From Gracilinanus agilis (Eukaryota): a DNA stretch of 51,550 bases. How positions within the stretch are numbered: position 1 is the stretch's first letter; each line of letters opens with the position of its first letter. The DNA is taken from positions 30,037,315-30,088,864 of the forward strand of contig NC_058131.1 of NCBI RefSeq assembly GCF_016433145.1, in the 5' to 3' direction. Both the position numbers and the translations under genes were made by a program. A model generated the notes under the pieces. It worked only from the letters and a program-made list of their open reading frames with translations, did no database searches and was not told the origin of the DNA. Shown here in pieces: positions 1 to 11,329 of the stretch.

Positions 1-666
1 TGGATCAAAAAAGGGGAAAAGACCCATTTCTACAAAAATATTTATAGCAGCAATCTTTATGGTGGCAAAGAATTGGAAATTGAGGGGATTTCATCAATTA
101 GGGAATGGCTGAACAAATTGAGATAAACGATTGTAATGGAATACTATTGCACTTTAAGAAATGATGATCAAGATGATTTCGGAAAAAAACTGAAAAGACT
201 GTATGAATTGATACAGAGAGAAATAAGAAAAACCAGAAAAACATTGTACACGGTAATAGTACATGGTAATAATTAACAATGTTCAACTGTAAAAAGACTT
301 GGCTACACTCAGCAATACAATGATTCCGGACAATATGAAAGACATGGAAAAAAATGCTCTTCACCTCCAGAGAAAGAACTGATGGAATCTGAATGCGGAT
401 CAAAGCATATTATTTTCACTTTATCTCATTTATGTGTGTTTTTATTTTGAGGTTTTGATTTTTATATAAGTATTCTTTTACAACATAACCAAATACGGAT
501 ATATGCTTTGCATAATCATGCATGTATAACCCAGATTAAATTGCTCACCATTTCAGAGAGAAGGGAGGGAGACAATTTGGATCTTATAATTTTGGAAAAC
601 ATATGTTACAAATTGCTAGCACATGTAACTGGAAAAGTTAAATATTAAAATAAAAAATAAAAAAAG
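1..666 (+). mobile_element. L1 LINE 3' end (ORF2 C-terminus remnant, 3'UTR, A-rich tail)
   Basis: Opens with KKGKRPISTKIFIAAIFMVAKNWKLRG..IREWLNKL, the L1 ORF2 C-terminal pattern. Followed by a marsupial L1 3'UTR (CACCTCCAGAGAAAGAACTGATGG) and an A-rich tail at ~646-666. Confidence 0.9.
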
Positions 667-1133
667 AAGTTTAATTAGGGTCATGAAACAATTCTAAAGG
701 TACCCAAAAGAGACAGATGGAAGGAAAAGAAGAGAGAGAAAGTTCCTCCAATTTCCTCTCTCCTACAAGGCTCCTGGCTGAGGAGGGAGCTCCGTCTCTT
801 CCACCTAGCACAGTCATCCCATTCTTCAAAGTGCTCAGATAGGACAAATATCACAGCTGCCTTTGGCGGCAGAGACTGAACCCAATCCGTCTGGGGCTTC
901 TTCTAGAGGAAAGCAATCAGTGAAGGCCATCCTGTAGGGTCTAAAGTGAGGTCCAAACAATTCCCTGAAGCCTCCATGTTGAGTTTCGACAGCATGGCAC
1001 CTAGCCCACCTTGTGGAACTATCTTCATTAGAAATGGAGGAATTTCTCAGAACCTCAACTAGGTACAGTCTTCAAAGTCAGCCCTAGCAAAGGTAATGAG
1101 GCATGGAATAAGGGAGAAACCGAGAGAGACCTG

Positions 1134-1335
1134 NNNNNNNNNNNNNNNNNNNNNNNNNNNNNNNNNNNNNNNNNNNNNNNNNNNNNNNNNNNNNNNNNNN
1201 NNNNNNNNNNNNNNNNNNNNNNNNNNNNNNNNNNNNNNNNNNNNNNNNNNNNNNNNNNNNNNNNNNNNNNNNNNNNNNNNNNNNNNNNNNNNNNNNNNNN
1301 NNNNNNNNNNNNNNNNNNNNNNNNNNNNNNNNNNN
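1134..1335. other. Assembly gap (202 N)
   Basis: Run of N. Confidence 1.
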
Positions 1336-1429
1336 GTCTTGGAGTCAATACTGAGTATCGGCTCCAAGGCAGAAGAGTGGTAAGGGTGGGCAATGGGGGT
1401 CAAGTGACTTGCCCAGGGTCATACAGCTG
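1336..1429 (-). mobile_element. SINE1_Mdo-like SINE, partial
   Basis: GTCTTGGAGTCAATACTGAGTATCGGCTCCAAGGCAGAAGAGTGGTAAGGG...CAAGTGACTTGCCCAGGGTCA is the reverse complement of the SINE1 body; the tail runs into the gap. Confidence 0.85.
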
Positions 1430-3117
1430 ACACTTCGCTTTTTCAAGTCCAAACAAACCCTAACACAAAGAGGTCTGATGGACCCTAAGAATCAACAGAT
1501 GTTGTTCTGAGCAGAAAAATCACCACCAAGGAGTTTTTCAGTTGGGCCTGTCGTATATTCTCAGAGAGCTGCTAGGGCAAGTGAGAGGCCCAGTGACCAG
1601 ACAGGGTGGCCTAACCCTCTGGGCCAGATCCCACGGTCAGGCCTGCCCTGCACAGTCATGCTAGCCTGCCAGTCTGTTGGCAGGTACTTTCAGGGACAGA
1701 AGGCAGGAAGCACAAAGGATGGAAACTGGGGCATGGCTTTAATGCACGCACACACACGCTCCTCCTTAAATACGATTCTTTTTTTAGTAGTCACAGTCTC
1801 CCAGGATACAGCTTCAGATCATAAAACCCCACGAATCTCCAAACAATCCCAATTATAAGTTACCTGAAGGGCACGAAGAGATGCAGGATGTATGTAATTA
1901 GACCTAACAGACTAGTAACAATAAATCGTGACCAAAAACAAGACTCTAAGTATCAAAGAACAGCCACACACATAACAGGGCACAAAGCTTGGGACCACTG
2001 GACAATGGACTCCATTGGCCCCTCTCAGGGACTTCCTAGAAGGAGGTCTTAGCTTACCCATGTGGACCACGGAGGCCCGGCTGCTCTTGGTGGCCTCTCT
2101 GGCCTCTTCCAGCACTTCAGGCAGTGAGCCAGCCGAGGAGGAAGCTGGGGGGCTGCCCTGGGGCCTCTTAGTACCCATAGACCTGGCTGAAGGCCCCCCA
2201 TTAATTAGGTCAGGGGTTCAAAACAAAGAACACCATTTCAGTCAGCAAAGAGCACTTTTGTTCAAGAGCATCAGATAAAGAGGAGTTTGTGCTCGACGTC
2301 CTCCGGGCTTGCTGTGTGGTCCCCCTTTTCCCTCGATACATCCCACGATTCACTAACAATAATCAGTCACATGCACACATGGAGGAGCGAAGACCTCGCA
2401 GGAGCTGAATTCTGGGGAAACGAGAAAACGTTCCAACTGTGTCCAACTAAATGGCTAAAGCAAGGTCACTCTCTGCAAAATGAACTCGAACGTAAAGCTG
2501 GTGTTTTCCAAATAAGGTCCTCAGGGGCACGACTAAACCTTTCCACGGGAAATGGAACCTCTTCAGAGAGGGCAAAGGGAAGCATGAAGCCCCGACTCGG
2601 CCCCCGTCGCCCCCTAAGGAAAGCGGGTCCCAGGCCCGGACAGCAGACTGGAGAGAGCACCAGCCTCAGGCCCTGCGCAAGCTGGGTCAGCTTGGCTCCG
2701 TCCTCTGCTAAAAAGGGACGGCAGCCCCTCCTCACAGGCTGGCTGTAAAGGCCAGATGAGATGGCGAGCTGCCGGTGTCACAGTGAGGTGGCGCCAGGCC
2801 TGGAGACAGGACGTCCTGGACAAGTCCCTCAACCCCCACTGCCCGGCCCTTCCCACTCTCGTGTCTTCGAGCGGATAAGACAGAAGGCGAGGGTTTACAA
2901 AACACACACACATGCTAGCAATCGCTATGATTTCTGGTAAGAGAATCTGACGGTCCTGGGGAAAATAACCAGACTGGGCCCATGAAGAAAAGGAAACGGA
3001 TCTGCAAATATTTCAAGTTTAGTTACTCCAAAGAAAGGGTGACACTTTTTATCCTGAAACCCCCCACAACACTCCTAAAAGGAATCGAGACAACAGCAGC
3101 AGAAAGGCAGCAGTGCA

Positions 3118-3430
3118 GCCAGTCAGTCAATAAGCATTTATTAAACACCTGCTGTGTGCCGGGCTCCAGAGGTGCAAAGAAAGGCAGGCGCCGGTCACGG
3201 CCCAATGGAGAACACGGCATTCCAACCACAATGGTCAAAGGAGAAGCTGGAAGTGGGCCACGGAGGGGAGGCGCTCACCCAGGAGGCCGGGAAGGCCCTC
3301 CCCGAGAAGGGGACATTTCCCTGAGCCCTGAAGGGAGTGGAAGGTGGGCAGGAGGAGGGAGCCGGTGTCCCGGCATCACTAGGCACGTGGGGGCAGGGAC
3401 GCATAAGAAGACTAGACGGAGAGGGGCTAA
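3118..3430 (-). mobile_element. L2 LINE 3' end, GC-shifted
   Basis: AGTCAGTCAATAAGCATTTATTAAACACCTGCTGTGTGCCGGGC is the reverse complement of the L2 3' terminus. This explains the 2982-3551 'ORF' (QSVNKHLLNTCCVPG). Confidence 0.8.
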
Positions 3431-3674
3431 GTGGGTACGAGAAGGTGAAAGGGAACCAGTGGAGTTTGCTGGCAGGGAGGCTTTCGCAAAATCACTGACA
3501 CCTGAGAAAGAAAGCGGGGTTGAGGCAGCAGTGAGACATGGCAGAAATTAACTTTTTTTCATTTTTTATACTTTACCTTTATTTTATTTTAATAACAAAT
3601 TTACACATTAAGTTTTCCAAAGTTCAATGATTCATCATCCAAGGATTATCACACAAAACATAAGAAATTACTTT

Positions 3675-3885
3675 CTTAGTGGACTGAATGGTAAGAAGTG
3701 ACTTCAATTCCACCTTGATAACACTTATTAGCTGTGTGACCCTGGGCAAGTCACTTCAGCTCAGTCTCCATTTCCTCACCTCTAAAATGGGAATAAAAAT
3801 AGCACCTAAAGAAGTTGTAAGGATCCAATGAGACAACATTTAGAAAACTTTTCTGCAAGCCTTAAAGTTCCCTGACCATGTAAGC
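3675..3885 (+). mobile_element. MIR/CORE-SINE
   Basis: TAGCTGTGTGACCCTGGGCAAGTCACTT...TTTCCTCACCTCTAAAATGGGAATAA CORE motif. Confidence 0.8.
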
Positions 3886-3928
3886 TATTCTTGTTCACTG
3901 TAAATGCAGTAAAAGGAAATGCCGTTTG

Positions 3929-4045
3929 GGAGGCAGCATAGAGCGGTGCCAAGAGGGCTGGGTTTGGGGGTCGAAGGGCTTGGGCTTGAGTCCCTGATCT
4001 GCCTTAATTTGTCTGCGCCTCGCTTCCTCCTCTAAAATGGGGGGC
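3929..4045 (+). mobile_element. MIR fragment, GC-shifted
   Basis: GGGAGGCAGCATAG head and CTTCCTCCTCTAAAATGGGG core remnant. Confidence 0.6.
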
Positions 4046-4368
4046 TCGGCTTGGCCTCAGTGACCTCGGCAGCTGGGCTCTTCCTCCAGGGCCGGGACAC
4101 AGAATAAAGTCTTAGCAAGAGTCTCCTCTGTCAAAGAGAAGACGAGCTCGCCGACTGGGCTGTCCCATGCAATAACATTCCACGAATACACGCTAGACTC
4201 CAAATGGGACGGACCTCCCAGGATCCTCTTTATCCAGGAATTCACTGAGAGCGCGCAGAACTGCGCCACTTCAAGAAAACTAATCCGTACTCATGGACAC
4301 AATAATTCTTTACAACCAGAAAAAACTTCCTCTGAAGAGGCAGCCATAATCTTACAGAAAGTCTTCCA

Positions 4369-4566
4369 GGGGCAGCTGGGCAGCTCAGTGGATTGAGAGT
4401 CAGGCCTAGAGACGGGAGGCCCTGGGTTCAAATCTGGCCTCAGACACTTCCCAGCTGGGTGACCCTGGACAAGTCACTTGACCCCCATGGCCCACCCTTA
4501 CCATTCTTCCACCTAGGAGCCAATACACACAAGTTAAAGGATTTAAAAAATAAAAAAAATAAAAAA
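4369..4566 (+). mobile_element. SINE1_Mdo-like SINE, full length, with A-tail and 11-bp TSD
   Basis: Pol III A box (CAGCTCAGTGG) and B box (GGTTCAAATCT), CORE and A-rich tail. AAAGTCTTCCA is duplicated at 4358-4368 and 4567-4577. Confidence 0.92.
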
Positions 4567-4609
4567 AAAGTCTTCCAACAAAACTTAGCACTGCTCACAA
4601 TCCCAGCCT

Positions 4610-4865
4610 GCAGCTAAATGGCACAGCAGACAGAGCACCAGGCATGGAATCAGGAAGACTCACCTTGCTGAGTTTCTATTTTTATTCCAGAGACTTAGTA
4701 GTAGGTGACTCTGGACGGGTCATTTACCTCTATTGGCCTCAGTTTCCTCATCTGTAAAATAAGCTGGAGAAGAAAGTGGCAAACCACTCCAAGAATTTTG
4801 CCAAGAAAATGCCAAATGAGGTCACAAAGAGTCGGGCACAACTAAGACAACTGAAGCACCAGCAC
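4610..4865 (+). mobile_element. MAR1-type marsupial SINE
   Basis: CORE followed by the RTE-derived 3' end GCTGGAGAAGAAAGTGGCAAACCACTCC...GAGGTCACAAAGAGTCGGGCACAACT. Confidence 0.85.
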
Positions 4866-5138
4866 AAAATGATATGCCAGGGACCGATGCACTAGAGATG
4901 CGCAGAAAGGTCAAAGGAAAAAGAAAAAGCAGCCCCGGCTCCCATCATGCTCCGGGTTTGGGAGAGGGGCGGCAGGCAAACCACCCCGAATAATCAGAAT
5001 ATACAATAAAATGGGGATAAGGGAGAGAGGGAAGGGGCGGAGAGGGAGCCCAGGACACAGAGGTGAAGAAGCAGCGTGTTCCCGGCATGGCCGTGGCTGG
5101 TGAAAAGAGCCCATCTGGAGGAGCGGCCAGGCCGGGGC

Positions 5139-5166
5139 CACTGGACACTGGACACTGGACACTGGA
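5139..5166. repeat. (CACTGGA)4 tandem repeat
   Basis: Four perfect 7-mer copies. Confidence 0.95.
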
Positions 5167-5932
5167 GTCTTTGGTGCAGCAACGTTTGGCAGGAGGGCGG
5201 CCGGCCCGGAAGGTCTTGGAACCCAAGTGGAGGATCTGATAGTTGGCCCAGGAGGCACCAGGAGCTAGAGGAGCTGACAGAAGGGGGGCCGGGGGAGGAG
5301 CGCAGGGCCACGTGGCCACCCCACTTCGGGAAGGGCAGCCGACAGCCGCCACCGAAGGGGAACTAGATCAGGCTCGATGGGACGCCGACCTGCGAACATG
5401 GCGGTGGGAGCCGGGAGCAAAAGCGTTTGCTGACTGACTGCTCCTCGTTGCCTCGGCCAGAGGATGGCCGGCTGGAAGTCGGCTTCCAGAATGGCACGTG
5501 CTTCGCTGGGCTGAACAAACCCCAACGTCCGCCGACATCTCGGCGTTCTCTTACTCACATCTCTGTGACTGTGAGCGGACCCGCCGTGGGGCCAAACGAA
5601 ACAGAACACAGAACCACCCAAATGTCCAGGAAGGTCCCTGCAGGCCACGGACTGGCCCGGAAGCCCGTGGGAGCAGCGGCCGCCACGCTCTCCCGTGTGG
5701 TACTGCCGGTTCCCATCTCCCAGCTGCATTTAATCGGGTTCCCAAACGTGCCTGGGCCTGGCTGAGGGGATCCCAGAGGCAGCCTTCAGTTCTGACACGC
5801 AGGACCAAAAGAAAGAAGAAACGTCCATGGACAAGAGCTGCTGAAGGAAGTCAAGGAAAACAGGGCGGCCTGTGAGGGCGCTTCCAGGGGGCTTTCCGCA
5901 GGAAGCCGGCAGCGAGGCCGGCTAGTGGGCCT

Positions 5933-5951
5933 CGGGCACTAGGTGGCAGCA
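5933..5951 (+). promoter_or_regulatory. Candidate CTCF site
   Basis: CGGGCACTAGGTGGCAGCA matches the core CCASYAGRKGGCRS at 13/14 positions and sits in a CpG-rich block. Motif only, no binding data. Confidence 0.45.
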
Positions 5952-6488
5952 GAGGGCAGGCGGACAATCTCGGCTCACAGACACGGGCCCAGACACGCTG
6001 CGCGAGGAAGAAGGCACTAGAGTCAGGGAAGGTCCACAGAAAAAGGCAGTGTGCAGACATCTACTTAGGAACAACACTGACAGATCAAAGAGAGACCCGG
6101 AGGGGGAAGGGGCTGAGAAGGGAGACAGACGGAGCCGGGAGACCAGGAGCCAGAGATGGAGAGGGGCGGCGTCCCGGGCGTGAGACGGCCGGCCAAAAGG
6201 CCCCGAGTCTTGGCAGCGGCCAGGGCCGACTCACGGGGCACCCTGGGCTCCTTCCTGGCCACCTCCTCGGCCCCTTTCTCGCTCACCCTCTGATTCTGCC
6301 ACCATCACGAGCCATCAGTCCTTTCTGCTTCCCAGAAGCCAAGGCAACCCAAAGTTACTGAATCTCACCACTTGAGGGCACCAGAACAACTTCTTTACCT
6401 CCTTATTTAACAAGCACTGGAAGAACGTGCAGACACCGGCCTTGGAAAGGGGTAGCCTCTGACTAGGCTCTGGGACCCCTCTGGAGGG

Positions 6489-6519
6489 TGGACGGCTGGA
6501 CGGCTGGACGCTGGACGGC
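6489..6519. repeat. (TGGACGGC)~4 tandem repeat
   Basis: TGGACGGC TGGACGGC TGGACGC TGGACGGC. Confidence 0.9.
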
Positions 6520-7661
6520 GGGGGCTATCCAGGGAGGACCATTCAGCCCCTCTGCTGGGAGGCTTCCCTGCAGGCACCCCCTGGGTGTCCCCGGCACCCC
6601 GCTCTCCCCTGGAGCATGCGTCTTGGGGGAAATGGGAGAAGAACTCCTTGCCCCAGCCTGGAAGGCGCGGCGGCAGGCTCCGTGGATCCCACTCTGCACT
6701 CCCGGCCCACGTCAGTCAGCCCGGCTCTTGTCTTGCCAGTGTTACAACGACAAAATATGAAGCATCTATTAAATCACTTTACATACAACCTGATAAAGAA
6801 AATAGTGAAAAATGATAGGATCCATCAACTGGAGAGCTTCAACCCAAAAGGGCCCGAGCCAGCGGGGCTAAGGGCTGAGATTGGGCTTCAAGGAGTCGGA
6901 GAGGGGCTTTCGTAGTCAACTGCCAGCACCCCAAAGTTCTCTTCCGTCCCAGACAAAGGCAGGAGAGGACATTCATGGTAGGAGCTACCCACCCAGGAAG
7001 GCTGCGGAACCTCCTTCTCTGAAGACCTCTCAGGGCAGACTCGCTCCTCATCTGCCTGCCGCGGCTCCGCATCCCGGGCCAAGAGTCCAGACGGGCCGAC
7101 AGGAGGCCACGCACCGCCCGACGCTGCCCAGACCAGTGCTCTGCACACGGTGAGCGCCTGATGAATCAGCATCTGCTCAACTGAACTGAACGTGGTCCCG
7201 GGACAGACTCCACGTGCCTTCGCCCTCCTCAGGAGCCTCCCCGGCCTCCAAGGTTCCCTCCGAATGTCAGTCTAGTCCCCACAATCCTACCCTCTCCTAT
7301 CGAGCACGAGTCTGCCAGGAAATAAGAACTGCACGGGTCCGAGACGAGCAGATCTTGGATTGTCTCACCCCAGGGAGAGCGAGAGGGAAAGGGAGCCTAC
7401 AAACAAGGAGGCAAGAGCAGGAAATGGGCCTGAGTCAATTCCATGGGGAAGGAGAGCTGGGCTAAGTTCAGGGAGTGCAAATACGAAGCAGCCTTTGCCC
7501 TCAAAAAGCTTACCTGCTAACAGAGAAAGAGCCACAAAGAGAAGCTGGAAAGCCAGGGCAGAGGGAAAGGACACCCTCCATTGTACCGCAGCTGACATTG
7601 GACTAGATCAGACTAGCTCAGGGAGTCTCAAACTTACTGTTCTCAGGATCCCTTTATACTC

Positions 7662-7860
7662 TTTTTTTTTAACCCTTACCTTCTGTCTTGGAATCAATAC
7701 TGTGTTGGTTCCAAGGCAGAAGAGCAGGAAGGGCTAGGCAATGGGGGTCAAGTGACTTGCCCAGGGTCACCCAGCTAGGAAGTGTCTGAAGTCAGATTTG
7801 AACCTAGGACCTCCCATCTCTAGGCCTGGCTCTCCATCCACTGAGCTATCCAGCTACCCC
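7662..7860 (-). mobile_element. SINE1_Mdo-like SINE, full length
   Basis: T-tail, then AACCCTTACCTTCTGTCTTGG...CCACTGAGCTATCCAGCTACCCC. Degenerate flanking duplication TCCCTTTATACTCT / TCCCTTAATGCTCT. Confidence 0.92.
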
Positions 7861-8119
7861 CTCCCTTAATGCTCTTAACAATTATTGATGAACCCCTCTT
7901 CCAAATACCTTTATTTATGTAGGTTCTATCTATCTGGGTTTATCATATTTGAAGCTAAGGTATTTTCATATTAAGAAAATAGTTTTGACCTCAAGGGTGC
8001 ACTAAAAGGGTTCTGGGGCCTCCCAAGGAGTCCCCAGACCAAACTTGGAGAACTACCAAACTAGAAGATTTCTAAGGCCACTTCTTCCAGGTTGAAATAT
8101 AAAATTCTATAGTCCTAAG

Positions 8120-8275
8120 GCAGATTATGAAAGGCCTTGAATGCCAACCTATGGAATATTCACTTTATCCCACAGGCAATGGGAAAGCACTAAGATTTTC
8201 TGAGCAGGGAGGTAAAGCGTAAAATAATATTGCTATAAGCAGATTATCAGCAGCAGGATGTCAGATGGGCAGGAT
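8120..8275 (-). mobile_element. L2 fragment
   Basis: GGCCTTGAATGCCAA...CTTTATCCCACAGGCAATGGGAAAGCACT...TGAGCAGGGAG resembles the reverse-oriented L2 3' region. Confidence 0.6.
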
Positions 8276-9639
8276 ATGACGAAAGAATGAAAACGTGAAA
8301 ACTACTTTGGTCTCTTCTAGCTCTGGGCTCCTCTGACTTAGGAAACCAATGGAAAACTCTGGCAGGAGGTGAGGGACAGGCACTGGTGCAGAGGGCATGG
8401 AGAAGGAGGCAAGGAGGGGAAGGGTGTATGAAGGAAACGTGGCAGGGCTTGAGGAAGACGAGCCAAGAGAAAGGAAGGCTTAAGGCTGACTCTGCGCTCT
8501 TGAGAATGATGACATTGCTGCTAGAAATGGCCAGATCTGAAAAGGCATTTTCTGTATTTATGCTCTCTAGGTACTGGGCATCCTGCTGGTCAGAAGAGAA
8601 GGAAAGGCTGCTAACACAGATCTAGGAGTTAATCTTGTACAGGTTAAAAGAAATGCTTCCAGCACTTGCTGAGCTAGCCGCAGGGCAGGCTGGCAGGCAG
8701 GTGTGGAGAGGCCGAGCCCTGGAGGTTTTCCAGTGCCAAAGAATCATATTATTGAGACTTAATAAGCTGACAATATGGTCTCACACACCACATCCCAACC
8801 CTTCTTCCCATGCCTCCATGTAATGAAGCCCGAAACCCACGCAGCGTCCCACCACCAGAGGCCCCCAAGTCTGGAACAAAAGAAAACAAGGGTTTGGTTC
8901 TCTGATCTCCAGCACCAAGACTGCGTTTGGGCTGCCCTCGCCGCCTTTCTGTGCTGTCTTCACTGGCATAGTACATGTTTCTCCCAAAGGGAGCCAGGAG
9001 GGCCAGAGTGCACAGAGCACTGGGCTGCAAGCCAGGAAGCCCTCCCAGCTGTGTGCCTCTGGACAATTAGCAGTTAAGCTTGCTAAGCCTTGGCTTCCTC
9101 ATCTGTAAAAGAGGAATAAGGACAGCACGTACTCCCAGGGCTACGCCTGGGCCACGGCCGTTGTTGTTGCCCAGTGACGTCCCGGTGCGGAGCCAGGGAG
9201 GGATGGAGTCGGCCCAATCTGAGGTCAGAAGGCTCCAGCGCCCATCAGGCACAAATGGTCCCTTGGATGGTCACGGCTCCCCTTTCTTGGGGCATCTGTG
9301 GTCCCTCCAAGTCCAGGGCCCGCGTCTTACGGCAATAATAAAGTGCTTCAGAGAAGTCTGGACGACATGCTGGCTCAGCTTCCTCGGACAGCCTGGCTGA
9401 GTTCTCTGCAGAATATTCTCTTGGGCCAGCGTGCATTTAGCCTTTGGCCATCAGAGGTAACCTCCGCGTCCGCATCCTGTCTGGCTGGGGGACCCAGAAG
9501 CCTCCTGAGACAATGCAAGTGGAAGCAGCTCAGTTCCTGGCATGGAGCTGGGCCACATCTAGTTGGGGGTCGGCACAGCGACTCAACAAGCCTTCATTCA
9601 GGGATGCAGCCTGAGATACCTTCTCTCTCACCCTTCCTT

Positions 9640-10060
9640 CTTTCTTTTTTGGTTGGTTGTTTTCAGGCATTACTTTTTCTTTCTTTTTTCAATTACACAT
9701 AGAAACCATCTTTGACGATTGTTTTCTGACATTTTAGGATTCCGATTTTCTCTCTCCCTGCCTTTCCCCCACCTCTCCAAGGCAATAGACAGTCTGAAAT
9801 GGCATATACCAGTCACCCTTTCTGTCACAACCCCACCGTCTATGCGGTCAGCTCTGGAAAGAGCCCTGATCTTGGCTCAGCCCAGGCTCCTACACAGTCT
9901 CTACACATTTATCTACATTCTTAATATTCCATTATATTCAGAAATCACAGTTTTTTCAGACATTCTCCAATTTATGGGCACCCACTTTGTTCCTAGTTTT
10001 TTGCCACACAAAGAGTACTTTTATGAATATTATTGATGAGACCTTTCTATCCCTCCTTGG
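9640..10060 (-). mobile_element. L1 3' fragments
   Basis: TTTTTCAATTACACATAGAAAC...TTTTCTCTCTCCCTG (L1 3'UTR reversed) and CATTCTCCAATTTATGGGCACCC...TTTTTGCCAC (ORF2 C-terminus reversed). Confidence 0.7.
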
Positions 10061-10427
10061 GACATATGTCTGAATTACAGACTAAATTAGTGACTTTTCT
10101 CCCAGCCACTTTGCCTTTAAAAAGTTCTGCATACACTATTCATCACTGTGAAATGTCAGCAACATAATTAGGGAGCCACCTCCCGTCCCAGAAATAAAAT
10201 ACTCACCAAGTAACTGAAATGCCTTCTGGCTATGGAATGATTTCATGAGCTCAACCAAATGCCACTGGATCTACCCAAAGAGACAGAAGACCCAAGCCTT
10301 TGAGACCCAACATGGCGAGTAGTCATTAGTAATCTGAGATGGGGGAGCCATGAGATGAAGAAAACCTGCCACCCAGGTACTACGTGCCCTTCCTCACATA
10401 CAGCACTTCACTGCCTGTAACCATACC

Positions 10428-10625
10428 TTTTTTAAACCCTTACCTTCTGTCTTAGAATTGATACTGAATATCAGTTCTAAGGCAGAAGAGCGTTGAAGGC
10501 TAGATACCGGGGTCAAGTGACTTGCCCAGGATCACACAACTAGGCAGGGTCTGAAGCCACATTTAAACCCAGGACCTCCTATCTCTAGGCCTGGCTCCCT
10601 ATCCACCGAGGCACCCAACTTCCCC
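10428..10625 (-). mobile_element. SINE1_Mdo-like SINE
   Basis: Complete reversed body from the T-tail to GCACCCAACTTCCCC. Confidence 0.9.
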
Positions 10626-10629
10626 TGAA

Positions 10630-10860
10630 TCCCTACATTTTAGTGGCTGTCTCTACCTCCTCACTTCTACCTCCAGACTTCCTTAACTTCCTTCAAGATT
10701 TACCTAAAATCTCGCCTTCAAAAGGTCCTTCCCCAAAGTGCTGCTAGTGCCTTTGGTCCAAGACAACCAGCCACTTCTGTCGAATAGATCTTCTGCAGAA
10801 GATCTAAGTACATAACTGCTTTGCGTGCTGAATCCCCCATTAGAATGGGGGCTCCTTACT
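10630..10860 (+). mobile_element. L2 3' region remnant
   Basis: CTTCCTTCAAGATTTACCTAAAATCTCGCCTTC...TCCCCCATTAGAATG. Confidence 0.55.
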
Positions 10861-11049
10861 CTCAGTAAGAAGTTATCCAAGACGCTGCTGAAGGATTTAT
10901 GACAAAGAATGCTATTCCACCTCCAGAGAAAGTACTATTGGGTCAGAATGAAGAATATTAGTAGATTGAGTTTCATAGTATTTTATGAAATCAATGAATA
11001 TTAGTACCAGAAGAGAGCTCAGAAGGCAACTCTAAAATTGTATGAACTG

Positions 11050-11232
11050 AAGAAACTGGACAGTGGATAGAGCATTAGGCCTGGAGTCAGGAGGCCCTGG
11101 GTTCAAATTTGGCCTCAGACAAATTTGGTTTAGCTGTGTGACCAGGAGCAGATAACTTAATCCCAGTTGCCTAGCCCTTGCCCTTCTTAGAATTCTTACT
11201 AAGACCGAAAGTAAGGACTTTTTAAAAAATAA
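11050..11232 (+). mobile_element. tRNA-derived marsupial SINE (older SINE1-like)
   Basis: CAGTGGATAGAGCATTAGGCCTGGAGTCAGGAGGCCCTGGGTTCAAAT...TTGCCTAGCCCTTGCCC...GTAAGG and A-tail. Confidence 0.75.
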
Positions 11233-11329
11233 AGTAGTAATAAATTGAGGAAACTGAGGCTCAGAGACACTGCAACTTGACTGAGGCTGAGGAAGGAGTT
11301 ACTAGAATAACTTGTGGGGAATGACTGCC

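Noticed and set aside
2058-2182. Possible 125-nt minus-strand exon (donor TGG|GTAAGC)
   Set aside because: The acceptor lacks a polypyrimidine tract, and the peptide matches nothing in EXOC6B or any protein I recognise.
2982-3551. 189-aa ORF
   Set aside because: Largely the antisense reading of a GC-shifted L2 3' end.
4369-4440. tRNA-like A/B boxes (here and in other SINE heads)
   Set aside because: These are tRNA-derived SINE promoters followed by CORE sequence, not tRNA genes.
6720-6900. Protein-like stretch MKHLLNHFTYNLIKKIVKNDRIHQLESF
   Set aside because: Short AT-rich patch antisense to EXOC6B; no recognisable family or splice context.
8480-8630. Open minus-strand frame (…DQQDAQYLESINTENAFSDLAISS…)
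   Set aside because: Not EXOC6B sequence; no convincing donor; likely chance.
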